From the NCBI GenBank assembly GCA_023213395.1, contig CM041465.1, positions 225,563,741-225,627,740 of the forward strand: 64,000 nt of DNA. The letters run 5' to 3'. Numbering within the stretch: the stretch's first letter is position 1; the number at the start of each line of letters is the position of its first letter. Source of the DNA: Cycas panzhihuaensis. Its lineage: Eukaryota; Plantae; Cycadophyta. The notes beneath the pieces were generated by a model, which was not told the DNA's origin, ran no database searches, and worked only from the letters and a program-made list of their open reading frames with translations. Below are positions 26,401 through 39,800 of this stretch, one piece after another. Position numbers and translations under genes: made by a program.

Positions 26401-27455
26401 TACCCATTTGTAGTGTTTGCATAGAATGTGCTCCTAGGCCTATTATTGTAAAGTACATTGATGATTACATTGCTATCTGGGAGTAGGCTAACTTCATTTG
26501 ATTTTTAAACTTTAAAGCTAACTCCCTAACCTACTTGTAACTATTCATTGGATGTAACATTACATTATCTCTAAGTTGTGGTATTAGCCCTTGCACAAAG
26601 TATTTCATCGCCAACATGGGATTTATTGCCATTTTAGATTATATTTTATTTATAATAACTCTCATTCTTTTATCAAAATCATTAACAGATTCCCAAAGAT
26701 ATTACCGAATCTCCTCTAAAGCTTGTAAAATGGTTATTGGATCCCTCAACTTTTGGAATCTATTCAAAAACTATTCTTGTAATTGATCATAATTTAATTA
26801 TTAAGTTGTAACATATTAGAACCATACAATGGTTAGCCCTCTCAACATTGAAAAAAAAGAGACTTTTATTTATCCTTAATCCATGATTCTTTTAATCTAG
26901 ATCATATTTTTAAATAGAGCCAAATGATCACATAGATCTATAGTTCCATCAAATTCTAGGCTTAAAAACATCGAGTTGCTTTATACAATGATATAGGGGG
27001 TTGTACCTCCTTGAGTTGCTCCACCTAATACCTCACTTTGTCCTCCTATAGGTGATGCATTACTATCCATCGCTACTCCCATGCTGCTACCTAGACTTGC
27101 TATTGGTAGCTTAAAAGAGGATTTATTATGTGAATCCATGTTCGAATTTCCAATAAGTGATGATTCGGGGCTTGTTCAACAATACTATATATTCCTAATT
27201 GATAGAATTTTCCTTTGGCACTACTATTTCTTCTTTATACAATTTTTCTTTTTTAGTAGAGTCTTGTTAACTTTGTCCTTCTACATACATTACTTGCTCT
27301 GGTTCCTTCTTAACGGGTTCCTCTTTTGTTGCACACCTTTGGTCATTTCTATCTTCTACTTGTGGTTCAGTCATGTCCAAATTTTGTTCTTTTACCTCAC
27401 CATTATTTTTTAACTTTCTCTTCTTTGTCCAATGTGCAAATGGTAGCCCCTTCAC
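23447..27455 (-). pseudogene. Gypsy B gag, protease and RT 5' part
   Basis: Collinear with C 36854-40600; protease TIVDEGSGV near 25400-25440; RT DVFAWSYKDLKGI near 24050. Confidence 0.9.
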
Positions 27456-27642
27456 ATGCCTTCTTAGTGTGATTACAAATCTGGACCTTCATATTTCTGT
27501 CTAGAGTCTATCTTTTTACCAATATTTCCCTCGATCATAGTGCGATTCAACTTCTACTCTAGATGGAATAGAAGAGGATCCCAATACTCTACTCAACTCT
27601 ATCCATTCTGCCTATCATGAGTTCAGATGACAATGAAACCAA

Positions 27643-28132
27643 TATGCGCTTCTACTTACTATATACTAATATGCAAACACTAATAAGTAGGCACATTATA
27701 GTTATAATATCAATAAACTGTATCATACACTTACTCTAGAATGTACAATAGTCCATCGATGGATGAAAAAACTATAATCATTCTATTAATGATGGTTTGC
27801 ATTTAGTTCTCTTACAACTAGATGCCAACTTGGAGTAGTAAACAGAGCCTTTTGCAGACACAATACACAACAAGTATTTTACAATATGCAGGCTCATGCC
27901 ACTCTATGATCAATAATTACCCACACGTACACACACATATTTCTAAAATTTTTCTACATTTATTCCTTTTCCACATCTTTGAAGTAACTGCAATTCTATT
28001 GGTTGCAACCACTCCCACCCAAAATACTGACTTCTAATTGCTTACTACTTCCTAGTGTGATCACTTCCTTTTTCGTTGTAATCACCTGGTTGCAACTAAC
28101 TTTTGTCAACCACTAGAATTTCTCAGCACACA
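27643..28132 (-). repeat. 5' LTR of Gypsy B
   Basis: Matches 12914-13403; adjacent to the PBS. Confidence 0.93.
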
Positions 28133-28927
28133 ACTACCTAAGATCAAATAACATAAAAGTTTCTATGGAACTTGTATTGTTAGAAAATAACATAGAGAAT
28201 AATTTAATTTAAAGAAAGCTTGACAATCAACTGAACCATTGGGCTATCTTCGATTTACTTTTCTCTTAAATCTTAAGAAATTATGATTTTGCAATGATAT
28301 CCAAACACCCTTTGGGAGTGGGTCTCTAAGAGTGATAACAGGTAGAGAATCGCGCTGGTGTAGGAAGAACGAGGCGTAACAGAGCTAGGGTTTGGAGCGT
28401 TGGAGACGGGAGAAGTCACTTCTGGGCCGTGGACGCCATGGCGTCCCCTGATGAGTCTGGACAGAGCTAGTCAGTGGGCGTCTGCAGTTAGTCCTGATCT
28501 ATTATCTCCTCAAACGGAGACGGAAGATAGGCATCCAGTTAGAGCGTTCACACAGGGAGCAGACAGAGAGTCAATCTCAGATGTTAGTGCTAAATGTTTT
28601 CAGGAGAAGCGAGACAGAGGTTCCTTTGCTAATCTAAGGTCGCCGGGCTCTCTAAATCCCTGGTCGAGCTTCCAGAATGTGGAGCGCCGCCACGTTTCTG
28701 TAGGGCAAATGGATGTGAGGCAGCCAGAGGAAGGACGCGGGTCTCCTAATCACATAAACAACCAATACAACAGACCCATCCGTGGAGCTATTGAATCTCA
28801 GGGGGGAGATATTGGGCTCACTGCATGTTTTTTGGATGCAAACTCCTCGGAGAGCAAGTTTGAAACTGAAATGGTATGCCTTTGTTTTTGCTTGGAGCTT
28901 ACTGTCTTGTTCTGAATTTCTTAATAA

Positions 28928-30298
28928 ATGGAAATAGATCATATTCCTCAATATCAGAATCAGACCCCTAACTTGGCTGTGGGGAAAACTTACCGGGATG
29001 TTTTGAAAACAAACGATGAGGAAACTTTTGACCTAACATGTGTTCGAGGATAACAAAGCCAGACTGAAGATCCCCCTGGCTCTGGTGGAAAAAACTGAAA
29101 AATTATGGGAGAATTGCCTGGTGGGTAGATTCTCAGGCCCCAGACTAGGGTTGGAAGCCATTAGGACATGGACCAAGACAAAATGGAAAATTGAGAACAA
29201 TGTGGAGGTAATAGCCATGCCCAAGGGCTGTGTGCTTTTTAAATTTGCCTCTTTCGTAGACATGTCTAGCATTCTGCTCAGGGCTCCATGGATGTTTGGA
29301 CGGAAGGCCCTCTCTCTAGAGAAATGGCATAGGGATTTTGATCCCTCGAGCCCTAAAATCTGACAAGCTCCCATTTGGATCCAACTTCCGGGACTTCCCC
29401 TTCACCACTGGAACCCGGAGGTCTTTAGAGGCATAGCGAAATTGGTGGGCCCTTTATTAGCAGTCGACTCCGCGACGAAGAACAGGAGTAGGCTCATTAA
29501 TGCCAGAATTTGCACTCTGGCAAGACTAGACAAGCCACTATTGGATGATATTTGGATGGATTTGCCAGATAGGAGTTGGGCTGTGGTTGGTCTACGAGCT
29601 GGACCACTTTAGATGCTCAACATGCAGAGTTTTGGGGCATCTGCCCCAAAAGTGCCCAGGAGTGCAACCCCCCAAGGAGGACAAAGTGGAAGACCCACTT
29701 GAGTCAATCCCCCAAGGAAATGGGGAGGGTGTTGAACCCCCAGCACCATTGGAGACCGTTGTAGCCTCCTCCCCAAACTTGGGTTTTGATCCAAACGAGG
29801 AGGACACGCTGTTGGAGGAAGATGATCAAGTAGCTCAAGTTCCTGTGCCTCAGGAGGGTTTGGCGAGTGTGGAGGGAGTGGGGGGTCCATCTCACTCTGG
29901 AGAAGGTTCTCTGGTCTACACCGGCCAGTTTGGACCATTAAGGTAGAAGGAAAAGGAGGATAAAATGGCTAGGTCAGTGGCAGATATGCCCTTGGAGGCT
30001 GAAGGGAATCAGGGGCTTGACAGTTTGGAGGTGCCTGCAGATCTAGGGAGGGCAGCCCTCGATTCATTACCGCTTAGGCCTCGATTCGGAAGAAGGCACG
30101 ATGTGGGAGCCGAGAAGAAGGTTGGTAGACCTCCTTCTAGGTGTAAGAGAAAAGATTAATTTGCCTGTGAACCTAGGCACCCGGAAAACTCTTAAGGAAG
30201 CATTCCTCGAAGGACCTATTCTCAGATCCAGTACAGCAGGCAGAGATCCCCCAAAAGGGGATACTGCAGAGGTTTGGAAATTGAGAAAGAAACGATGA
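28928..30298 (+). pseudogene. LINE E ORF1 (DUF4283-like plus CCHC zinc knuckle), frameshifted
   Basis: TYRDVL, WENCLVGRF, PWMFGRKALSLEKW, IWIQLPGLPLHHW, CSTCRVLGHLPQKC. Confidence 0.9.
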
Positions 30299-33200
30299 AA
30301 ATCATGACATGGAATATTAGGGGATTGAATGCCCCCTCGAAGCAAAGAATCATTAAGGACATGAGAATCAGACACCAATTGGATCTAGTATTTCTGCAAG
30401 AAACTAAGTTATGCAAGGAGAATGGCCCAAAGATTAGAAGCAAAATTTGGAAGCAAGCGGAAGGCTTAGAGAGGGACTACAACCAAGGGGTCGGGGGCCT
30501 AATGGTGCTCTGGAACCCTTCTATCTGGTCGGGAGAAATTTTTTTGGTTGGGGACTCCTTCATCTCGGTTCGGCTAACGAACAAAAGTAATAACATCTCA
30601 TGGATTGCTACCAATGTCTATGCCCCAACTCTTCAAACAGCCAGGAAGAGGCTTTGGGAGAGATTGATCGAGGTTCACAAAGGCTAGGCTCCGTGGTTCT
30701 TTGGCAGGGGACTTCAACTCGGCTCTATCCCCTGGTGGCAAGAGTGGAGGCACGGAGGGATGAAATTCAAGTATGGCAGAGTTTGGTGATTTCCTTTAAC
30801 AGGGGGGGTTGGAAGATGTCAGTCTTAGGGGGGCGTCCTTCACCTGGTCCAACAAGAGGTTGGGAGATAGCCTTATTCAAATCAAGCTGGACAGGGTGTT
30901 GGTTAACTATGATTGGATGTGATGCTTCTCTGACTATGCCTTAGAGGCATTGCCGAGGATCAGCTCTGATCACTCGCCCCTCCTAATGAATTTTTTGGAT
31001 CCGGGTAAATTCATTGGGGCTCCCTTCAGATTTGAATTAATGTGGTTACGCCATCCAGACCTGCGGGGAAAAATCGAGGAATGGTGGGAATGCGATATTA
31101 AGGGTCACGCCATGTATAGATTTTCAAAGAAGCTGGACTGGGTCAAAAAGCAAGTAAAGGCCTAGAACAAGGAAGTTTTTCATAGCATAAATGAACAAAA
31201 GGATAAAACTATCCAGGAGTTGAAAGGCATCGAGGATCAAATTGAGCGGTGGGGCAGATCAGAGGAGTTTGACAAGGCTGAGAAGGAGCTCACATAGACT
31301 ATGGAGGAGATCCTTAAAAGAGAAGAGATCCATTGGAGACAAAAATCTAGGGCCCTCTGGCTGGCCGAAGGTGATAGAAATACCAGATTTTTCCACATGA
31401 CCACAGTAAAACATAGGGCGAGCAACATAATCAATTGTCTTCATAAGGAAGGTGGTTCTGTAGTCAACTCGGATGAGGACATGAAGGAGATGGCATGCGA
31501 TTACTTTAAGAACCTAATCAACCGAATCACGGTGAACGAGGATAGGAGGAAAGATTTCCTGAACAATATACCCTGTTTGGTGAATGAAGACCAGAATGCC
31601 CAGCTCAAAGCTCCATTTACTCAAGAGGAGGTCAGGATGGCTCTCTTCGGGATGAAGAAAGATAAAGCGCCTGGCCCTGATGGTTTCCCAGGATTCTTTC
31701 AAGTGCAGGACATTATTAAGGGGGACCTCATGGAAGCAATAAAGGAGTTTGAAGTGAACAGAAAGATTCTGCAGGAATGGCAAACCACATTTCTTGTCCT
31801 TATTCCGAAAAAAGAAGGGGCTAATAGGATGGAGGATTCCGCCTATTAGCCTCTGCAATGTTAAATACAAAATCATAACGAAGGTCCTGGTGAATAGAAT
31901 GAAGAAAATTATGCCAAACATCATTTCCCAGAATCAAGATGGTTTCCTTGAGCAGATTCTGATGGCTATATTGTCGTCCACGAAACACTCCATTCAGCGG
32001 CGGAGAGGAAGGACCTGGTGATGCTTGTCAAGATCGACCTATCGAAAGCTTTTGATAGGGTCTCCTGGGACTGCTTGATAGAATGCCTTGGTGCATTTGG
32101 TTTTGGTGAGACTTGGCGGTCTTGGATAAAATTATGCATTGGATACCCGCAATTCTCTGTCATCATAAATGGCTCTTCCTCCAAGTTTTTTCTGGGATTT
32201 AGGGGGTTGAGGCAGGGCGACCCTCTTTCTCCCTTTCTGTTTATCACAATGGCTGAGCTCCTGGGCAGAACATTGGAGTCACTTGAGGAAGGAGGGGCGA
32301 TAAAGGCATAAAACCGACATCTGGGGTGGATACTATGGCCCATCATCAATTCGTGGATGACAACATATTCTTAGGGAAGGCTGCTCTGGGCGAAGCATCC
32401 AAATTTAAAGAGATTTTGGGCCATTTTGAGGAAGCCATGAACCAAAAGATAAATTTGAACAAGAGTAATGTCTTCTTCTTAAATACCCCGGGCCATGTTC
32501 AAGGCAGGATAAGTAGAATCCTAGGGATGAGTATCAAAAAGCTCCCCTCAATTTACCTTGGGCTGCCACTCTTTGTTGAGAAAATGACCAAGGACATGTG
32601 GAATCCCCTCATTGATAGGATGTAAAGGAAGCTGGCGCGCTGGAAAGGTACCCTTCTTAGTCTAGCCGGAAAGCTCCAACTAGTCGCATCGACGCTGCAG
32701 AGTATTCCAGTATATTGGATGTCTATATTCAGAGTCCCGACGGGCATTTCAAATATTATTGAATCTCTCCAGAAAAGATTCCTTTGGTCTGGGACGGAGA
32801 GTAAAGACAGAATACACTTGGTTAGCTAGAATAAAGTCTGCACCCCAAAATGGGCTGGCGGCCTTAACCTGAGAAGGATTTCTCCTTTTAACGCTGCTCT
32901 AGGGGCTAAGTTGGGGTGGCGGCTACTGAAAGGGGGTGAGAGACCTTGGGAGAAGATCCTAGCTAGAAAATACATTCAAGGGGGTTCCCCTATTGAGAAT
33001 GATGCCTCGCAGGTTGGCTCCACTGTTTGGAGAAGCATTCTTAAAGTATGGCGAGCTATAAGAAATGGCTTGAAATGGAGGCTTGGAGATGGTTCCTCCA
33101 TAAGGTTCTGGGAGGATGCTTGGTGCTGTGACAATGCTCTTAAGGACTATCCCGACCTGGTACCTATTATGGGGCCCTTTGTCAGGCAATATGGCACTCA

Positions 33201-34455
33201 AGTTAAGGATTATTGGACCGGGAGTGGCAAGTCCAAGCGATGGAAGTCTCTGGAGGAAATTCAAGGAGGAAGACTGCAAGAGGGTCTAAACAAGTTAAAA
33301 AAGATCCTTCGTAAGAATTATATACCCAGAATGACTTCGCCGGATACGGTTGTGTGTGGCCTTTAGGCGTCTGGGACTACAAGTAAAACAAGGATATCAT
33401 TTCCTTTGTTTAACCAGAGGTGATCAGAGAAATCCAACCCTTGAAGGAGTTTGGAAGCTCCCTATTATTCCTAAGATAGTAATTTTCTGGTGGACTTGCC
33501 TCAAAAACAAAATTCTCACTATAGATAATCTTAAGAAGAGAGGTATTGAGCTGGCAAACAGATGCATTTTATCTTTGATCGAGGAAGAATCCATGGACCA
33601 CATTTTCATTGGGTGTGCATACACTAGAGAGGTTTGGAGGATGGTTCTTAGGAAACTAGAGGTATACTGGACATTTTCAAAAGAGACTTTCGATTTATGG
33701 CTTGCCTGGATTAGCCCCTTGAGCGGAACCACGAGTGCATGGGACATTGCGCTCCCGATTGTGGCTTGGAACATATGGAATGAGAGGAATCGTCGTATTT
33801 TCCAGGATCACCAGATGGATCAGATCGCCATCTTCAACAGAATATCCTCGGATATTAAGAAAAATGTTAGAAATGTGAAAGAAAAACGTATTTCCGTACA
33901 GGAGAGCAGGATTCTTAGTAAATGGGGAATATCTCCTGTTTTTGAAGTTGCAAGGCCCAGGAACTGTAGTTGGCAGCCTCCTAAGGAGACATGGAGTAAA
34001 GTTAATTTTGATGGGGCTACAAAAGGGAATCCTGGGGAAGTTTGGGGTGGGGGTATCTATAGGGATAGCACTGGCTCCCCCATCTGGGCATTCGCGGATT
34101 ACTATGAATGTCAGACAAACCACTATGTGGAAATGCAAGCTATGTTTAAGGTGCTCGACCTAGCAGTTGAAGAGAACCTTGATGCAGTATTAGAGGGGAT
34201 TCAGAGGTGGTGATTAAGACATTAAAAGGTGAGGCTCTCCCAGACTGGAGATTCCAGTCCCTCTTCAATGATGCCAAATAACTCATGAAGGGACTGGCTG
34301 AAGTCCGTATAAGGCATACTTTCAGAGAAGGAAATAAACCAACTGATTTCTTGGCAAATTGGGGGGCTAGGCATCGGGAAGGTCAAGTGTGGAAAAGTGA
34401 TTTCCCTAGGGATCTTATGGTTCTGATAGAGAAGGATATGATTTGCAACAGCTAA
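30295..34455 (+). pseudogene. LINE E ORF2: APE endonuclease, RT, zf-RVT, RNase H; disrupted
   Basis: MKIMTWNIRGLN, LQETK, SDHSPL, KAPGPDG, KIDLSKAFDRVSW, GLRQGDPLSPFLF, QFVDD, YLGLPL, IRFWEDAW, KVNFDGATKGNPG. Confidence 0.95.
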
Positions 34456-34610
34456 CCGTGGGGCTTGTCCCGTCAGATAGCTTTCTGGCCTAGACCGTGG
34501 GGATGTCACGGTCAAATATCTCATGGTAGCTCAAGGCTCCCCGATGTAATAGGTTGTGGGATCCTGCTCAAACCCACTATAAATTCATTTTATCTTACCA
34601 AAAAAAAAAA

Positions 34611-36401
34611 CTAAACCATTGGGCTTAGTTCACTCAAATATTTGTGGATCTATGTCTAAGTCTTTTTTTAATGGCATCTTATATTTCATCACTTTCATTG
34701 ATGATAATTCTTGAAAAGTTTAGGTCTACTTTCTAAAGAACAAATTTGAAGTATTTAAAAAATTCAAGGAATTCAAAGTCAAAGTTGAAAATGAAACTGG
34801 CAGTACAATCAAGATGCTTCGTACTAATAATATAGGTGAGTACACATCAAATTAATTCACTAAATTTTGTAAAGAACATGGCATTAAACATTAGTTCTTA
34901 GCTCTTGGTACTCCCCAATAGAATGGTATTACTGAGCAAATGAATTAAATATTGGTGAATAAGGCAAAAGTAATAATTAATGATGTAAACATTGTTAAAT
35001 CATTTTAGGTTGAAGTAATTACTACAATGGTTCACCTCATAAACAGGAGCCCAACTTCAACTGTTAGAAATATAACAGCACTTAAGGAGGTTTGGTTAGG
35101 ACAGAAACCTATAGTTTGACATCTTAGAAATTTTGAATGTATAACCTATATGCACATTGCCAAAGCAAAGTGAAAGAAACTTGATGACAAAAGCTTAAAG
35201 TACATCCTCATAAGCTATATACTTGGTTGTAAATTTTATAAGGTATGTGATCTTATTGGACAATAGGCATATTCATCAAGGGATGTTATCTTTATAGAAT
35301 ATAATCAAGACTTGGATCTCTCTCAGATATAGTTTTTGATAGATAACGATGATGATATTTTAGAAGTTTGTCGTAAACCAATTGTGGACCCTTCTACTCC
35401 TTTAACTTTGTATACTCCAAGTTTATCATCTACTCCTCCTACATCTCCATCTACTTCTACATCAACATCTACATTACCACCTTTGTCTCTAGATGATGTA
35501 TAACTCAAAGTTACTAAAAACTTCTTAAGTGGTACTTTTAAGCTATGGTAGATGCACCTTCACCTCCTATAGTTCTAAAAAGGCAATCTATATACAGACA
35601 TACTATTAACTATGCTCTAATAGCATAAGTTCTCTTTGCTCTTAAGTCTTCCACCTTTGAGGAGGTCATTAAAAACCAAACATGGTCAAAGATTATGAAT
35701 GAAGAAATGAATTCCATCTTAAAAATAATACTTGGGAGCTTACTAAATTACCTTTAAGAAAACAATTAATTGATTGTCACTGACTTTACAAAATAAAGTA
35801 TCATATAGGTAGCTCCATTCAAAGATATAAAGCTTGTCTTATTGCAAAAGGTTTTAAACAACAAGAAGGTATTGACTATTATGAGACCTTCATACCTATT
35901 GCTAACATTACAACTATTTGTTTGGTTATGCTACTAACAGCTCAGTTTAAATGGCCTATTTATCACATGGATGTCAAAAATGATTTTCTCAATGGAGACC
36001 TTTCTAAAGAAGTTTATTTGAGATAACCTCCCATCTATATTATTTGTGGAAAGAATATTTAGTTTACAAAGTGAAGAAAGCTTTCTATAGACTCACGCAG
36101 GTACCTCATGCTTAATATGCAAAGATTAACACTCATTTTCTTAATCATGGATTGAATCGTTCATTCTTTGATCCCAATTTATATATTTAGATCTATAAAA
36201 ATCTAATTACCATTGTTGTTCTCTACGTTGATGATTTGTTGATTAGTAAAAATGATAATGAAAAGAATTTTTTGTCTCCAATAGGAACTCAAAAGTAGTT
36301 TCAAGATGATTGACCTTGGAGTGCTCCACTATTTCCTTGGCATTGAAGTTTGACAATAACTAAGTCACATTTTTTTTTCACAAGCCAAACATGAAAATGA
36401 G
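34611..36401 (+). pseudogene. Copia A integrase and RT (decayed)
   Basis: LVHSNICG, FITFIDD, YKACLIAKGFKQQEGIDYYETF, HMDVKNDFLNGDL, LYVDDLLI. Confidence 0.92.
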
Positions 36402-36853
36402 TGTCCGTAAGTAGTTAAGTTACAACCTTTTGTTGTATCTATAGCAGTTGCAACTAACTCGGATCATAGTAGGTATAAATATCAGGAGGAAAAGATGTAA
36501 AAGATAGTAGTTATTTTTGACAAACAGTCGCGGTCATTAGTTACTGTCGCACATAAGGAGGTTTGCCATAATTCTATATTGTTGTAAGTCATTCTGTGTG
36601 TATTGTTCTGGGTCAGCTTTGGTTGTGAGAGAACCAAAGCAACCCATCATAATATAATGACTATGGTTTTTGTGCTCCCATATATTGTTGCATAGTAATG
36701 AATGTTGCAACTGTTTGATTCTTGTGCTTGTTCCATATGAGATTCCAGACACATCACACATTGGTTTTGTTGCTAAATCAAACCATGAGAATGGGTGAGA
36801 ATAATTAGAATTTTCAAGGGTCCTCTTCTATACCACCCAGAGTAGAAGCTGAG

Positions 36854-39800
36854 ATGTGTCGTGATCGAGGGGAGCATTGGGAGAAAGAAAGAATCCAAGC
36901 AGGGATATGTAAACCCAGATTTATGATTACGTCTAAGAAGCAGGTGAAGAGGCGACCATTTTCATGTTCGATAGAAAAAGGAAAACTAAAGAATAGGGAA
37001 GGAATAAATGATCAAAATCTAGGCATAATAGAGATGTAGGGAGGTAAAGAAAGTAATCAGAGGTATGTAGAAGAAGAGGATCCAGCTAGAGAGATTCAAG
37101 CATTAAGTGCATATGAAGATATTCAACAGAATTCCATTGAAGGAAATTTACAAAAGACTGAAGTAGCTAAGGAGTATTCCATTGAGTTAGAAATATATAA
37201 TGTAGTAGAACAAGTGTGGAATCATCATTTGTTAGAAATTTGAACTCCAAGCTACATAATAAACCCCATGTTCAAGTTGCCAATGGTGACTCCAAGGAGT
37301 AGTGTAGGAGGTGTAATGGGAGGAGGTCAAAGTGGGATATCAGGTGGAGGAAATCTAGTAAATATAACCCTATACATTATGGTACAAAGCTATTTAATAT
37401 TTTTAAGCCTCCAATTTGATGGTACTATAGATGCTGGTGATCATTTGGCATTGTTCAAAAACATGATTCAGATAAAAAGGATCATGGATCAAGGGGAAAT
37501 GAAGGCTCATTTCTTTTCAACATTAAGAGGCCTCGCAATAGCATGGTTCTAATATATTGCATGCTGGCAACTAAATTAGGACCAATTACAGGTTCAATTT
37601 CTTAATCGATTTCAAAAACTGAGAGACCCAATAGCTATCTTGCAAGCTTTAGAAGATATCTCTCAGTACCCAGGGGAATCTGTAAACGATTTTGATGGAA
37701 GGATGCAAATTATAATGAATAAGATGTAGGCATCCATAGCAATCAACCTAATGCTGGTAATGAAATATTTTATACAAGTGTTGATACCTCAATTGTAAGA
37801 TAAAATAATATTGTATCCAATGAATAGTTATGAGCAAGTAAAGGAGTTAGCATTGAAATTTGAAAATAAAATGAAATTGGCTTATTCCTATATGATGATA
37901 CAACTCTCAGTATATTATTCTAATACACTAGTACAATCCACACCAAAAAAGGGTATGAATCCAGAAATTGAAGCCTTGAAGAAAGAAGTAGAAGCATTGA
38001 AGCAACAACTTACAGTTTCTATTCCAAATAATATGCAACACATGCAGGAATTGGAAAAACTTCACACATAATTATCTTGATTGTGACTAAAAAAATTAAG
38101 AGAAAATTATTAGTGTCCTCTGCATGCAATCAACAAAAGGAGACTAGAGGATCTACAAAATGGTGTGAGATTTATCAAAGGAATAATCACAACACATGGG
38201 AATGTTATTTCCAACCAAAAATAATGAAGGTGAAATGCATAATATTTATTCACAAAAGACAGAGAAGGGAGTTGTGAAACAATATAAAGATAAGACAAGA
38301 CCTGTTCACTATTTCTTATGTCAAAGGTAGGGACATTTTAGATCAAAATGTCCATTAGAGAAAAAATGGAGAGAATACATCTGTGAGGAATGTGAACTAG
38401 TAGATCATTAGTGGTCTAATTATCCCAAGAATAATAAGATATAGAATACTAATTTAGTGGATATGATTTTGGATTAAGAAAAGCCAGCTTATCTATAGAT
38501 GCAAAGCAGTAAATTGATGGAACCCCCTCCTACTCAAGATAATTTTCCAGATCCAATTGTAGAGAAACAATGGTTATAAGAGGCAATAAAGATACTTTAG
38601 GACGCAATGGGAGAAACTTAGGAGGAAAAGCAATCGAGAAGATTTAAGGCTTGCATTACAAGAGGATGATAACTCAAGCACCAGAAGGTATGAATCCTTG
38701 GCAGAGGTTACAAACTCTGAAGGATATACTTATTGAATTAGGACTCTCAATTCCTATATTTGTTATATTTAAGTGGTGGGAAGTAGGGCACTTCCAGCAA
38801 ATGATTTTAGATCAAATTGAGAAACTAGTTCTTAGAACTATAAAAGATACAGGAATAGACCTCATAGTTCCAATGATGATGTTTGGAACTACCTTATGTA
38901 GAACTATTGTAGACAAGGGTTTAGGGGTAAATGTACTACCTGAATCCTCATGGATAGTATTGTGAAGGCCCAATGTGGTTACTCCAAACTATTCGATTAG
39001 ACTGGAAAATAAATTGCAAGTTAGGCCCATGGGAACATTGTTGAATGTTCCAGTAACCATGGTAGAAGTAACCATATTATTGGACTTTACAATAGTTTAG
39101 ATGCAGGACCAAAAGAAGACATACCCAACGTAATTGGAAAGACCATGGTTATTAGCTATAAAAGTAATCCAAGAATGGGGAAAAGATACCTTTACATTGC
39201 TAGTGGAAGAAAAAATAACAACTTTTCCCTTATATTCAGATGGACCAAAGATAGAAAAGATTGAAGGCAAAGGAAGATCTTCCTCTACAACAACAACATT
39301 AGAATCCATAATGAGTTTGTGTTCTGAAACAACATTCCAATTATAACTGATATTGTTGAATGGTCCCTCATCCTCTTATATGTTGAATTGGTTATATAAT
39401 GCTTGGGAAGAAATAGAACTAGCTATGTGTTATTACATGGAAACTTGCATGCATATTTTAGAAGATAAAAAGGAGTCATCTTAGTTAGAAAGAATCCAAA
39501 GAAAATCTATTGAATACAATGCTATTATGCAATTATGTAATACAAATTTAAGGAATAAAATGCAGCAATAATTTTTGTATCTAGTGTTTTTTCACTCACA
39601 AACTTGAATTGACTATAGAGTGCAATTGTAGAATTTCAATTCTGGGTTTCAAATAAGTAAAATATTTCCTTTTAAGTTTTACGAGAATGTTCAAAAAAGG
39701 GTGGGACTGATTAAAACCTTTCGAATGCAAGAAGTATATTATTTTCAAATAGCAAAGGAGGTTTTCCAAACTAGTTCTATAATGGAACAAAGTATTGATA

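Larger units (their letters stand above)
12914..28132 (-). mobile_element. Gypsy LTR retrotransposon B (non-chromoviral-like, no extra aRH seen) with an extra 3' ORF
   Basis: LTRs at 12914-13403 and 27643-28132; PPT (TCTCCCCC on +) at 13404-13411; PBS TGGTTTCATTGTC on the minus strand just left of 27643; decayed TSD GCTAT/ACTAC, whose removal restores host VHGLPKIK. Confidence 0.92.
28246..34610 (+). mobile_element. Full-length L1-clade plant LINE E with RNase H
   Basis: Poly(A) at 34600-34610; 15-bp TSD CTGAACCATTGGGCT (28231-28245) / CTAAACCATTGGGCT (34611-34625); ORF1 and ORF2 present; GC-richer than the flanks. Confidence 0.95.

Noticed and set aside
29033-34524. Numerous minus-strand ORFs over LINE E
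   Set aside because: Antisense shadows of the GC-richer LINE ORFs, with no independent motifs.
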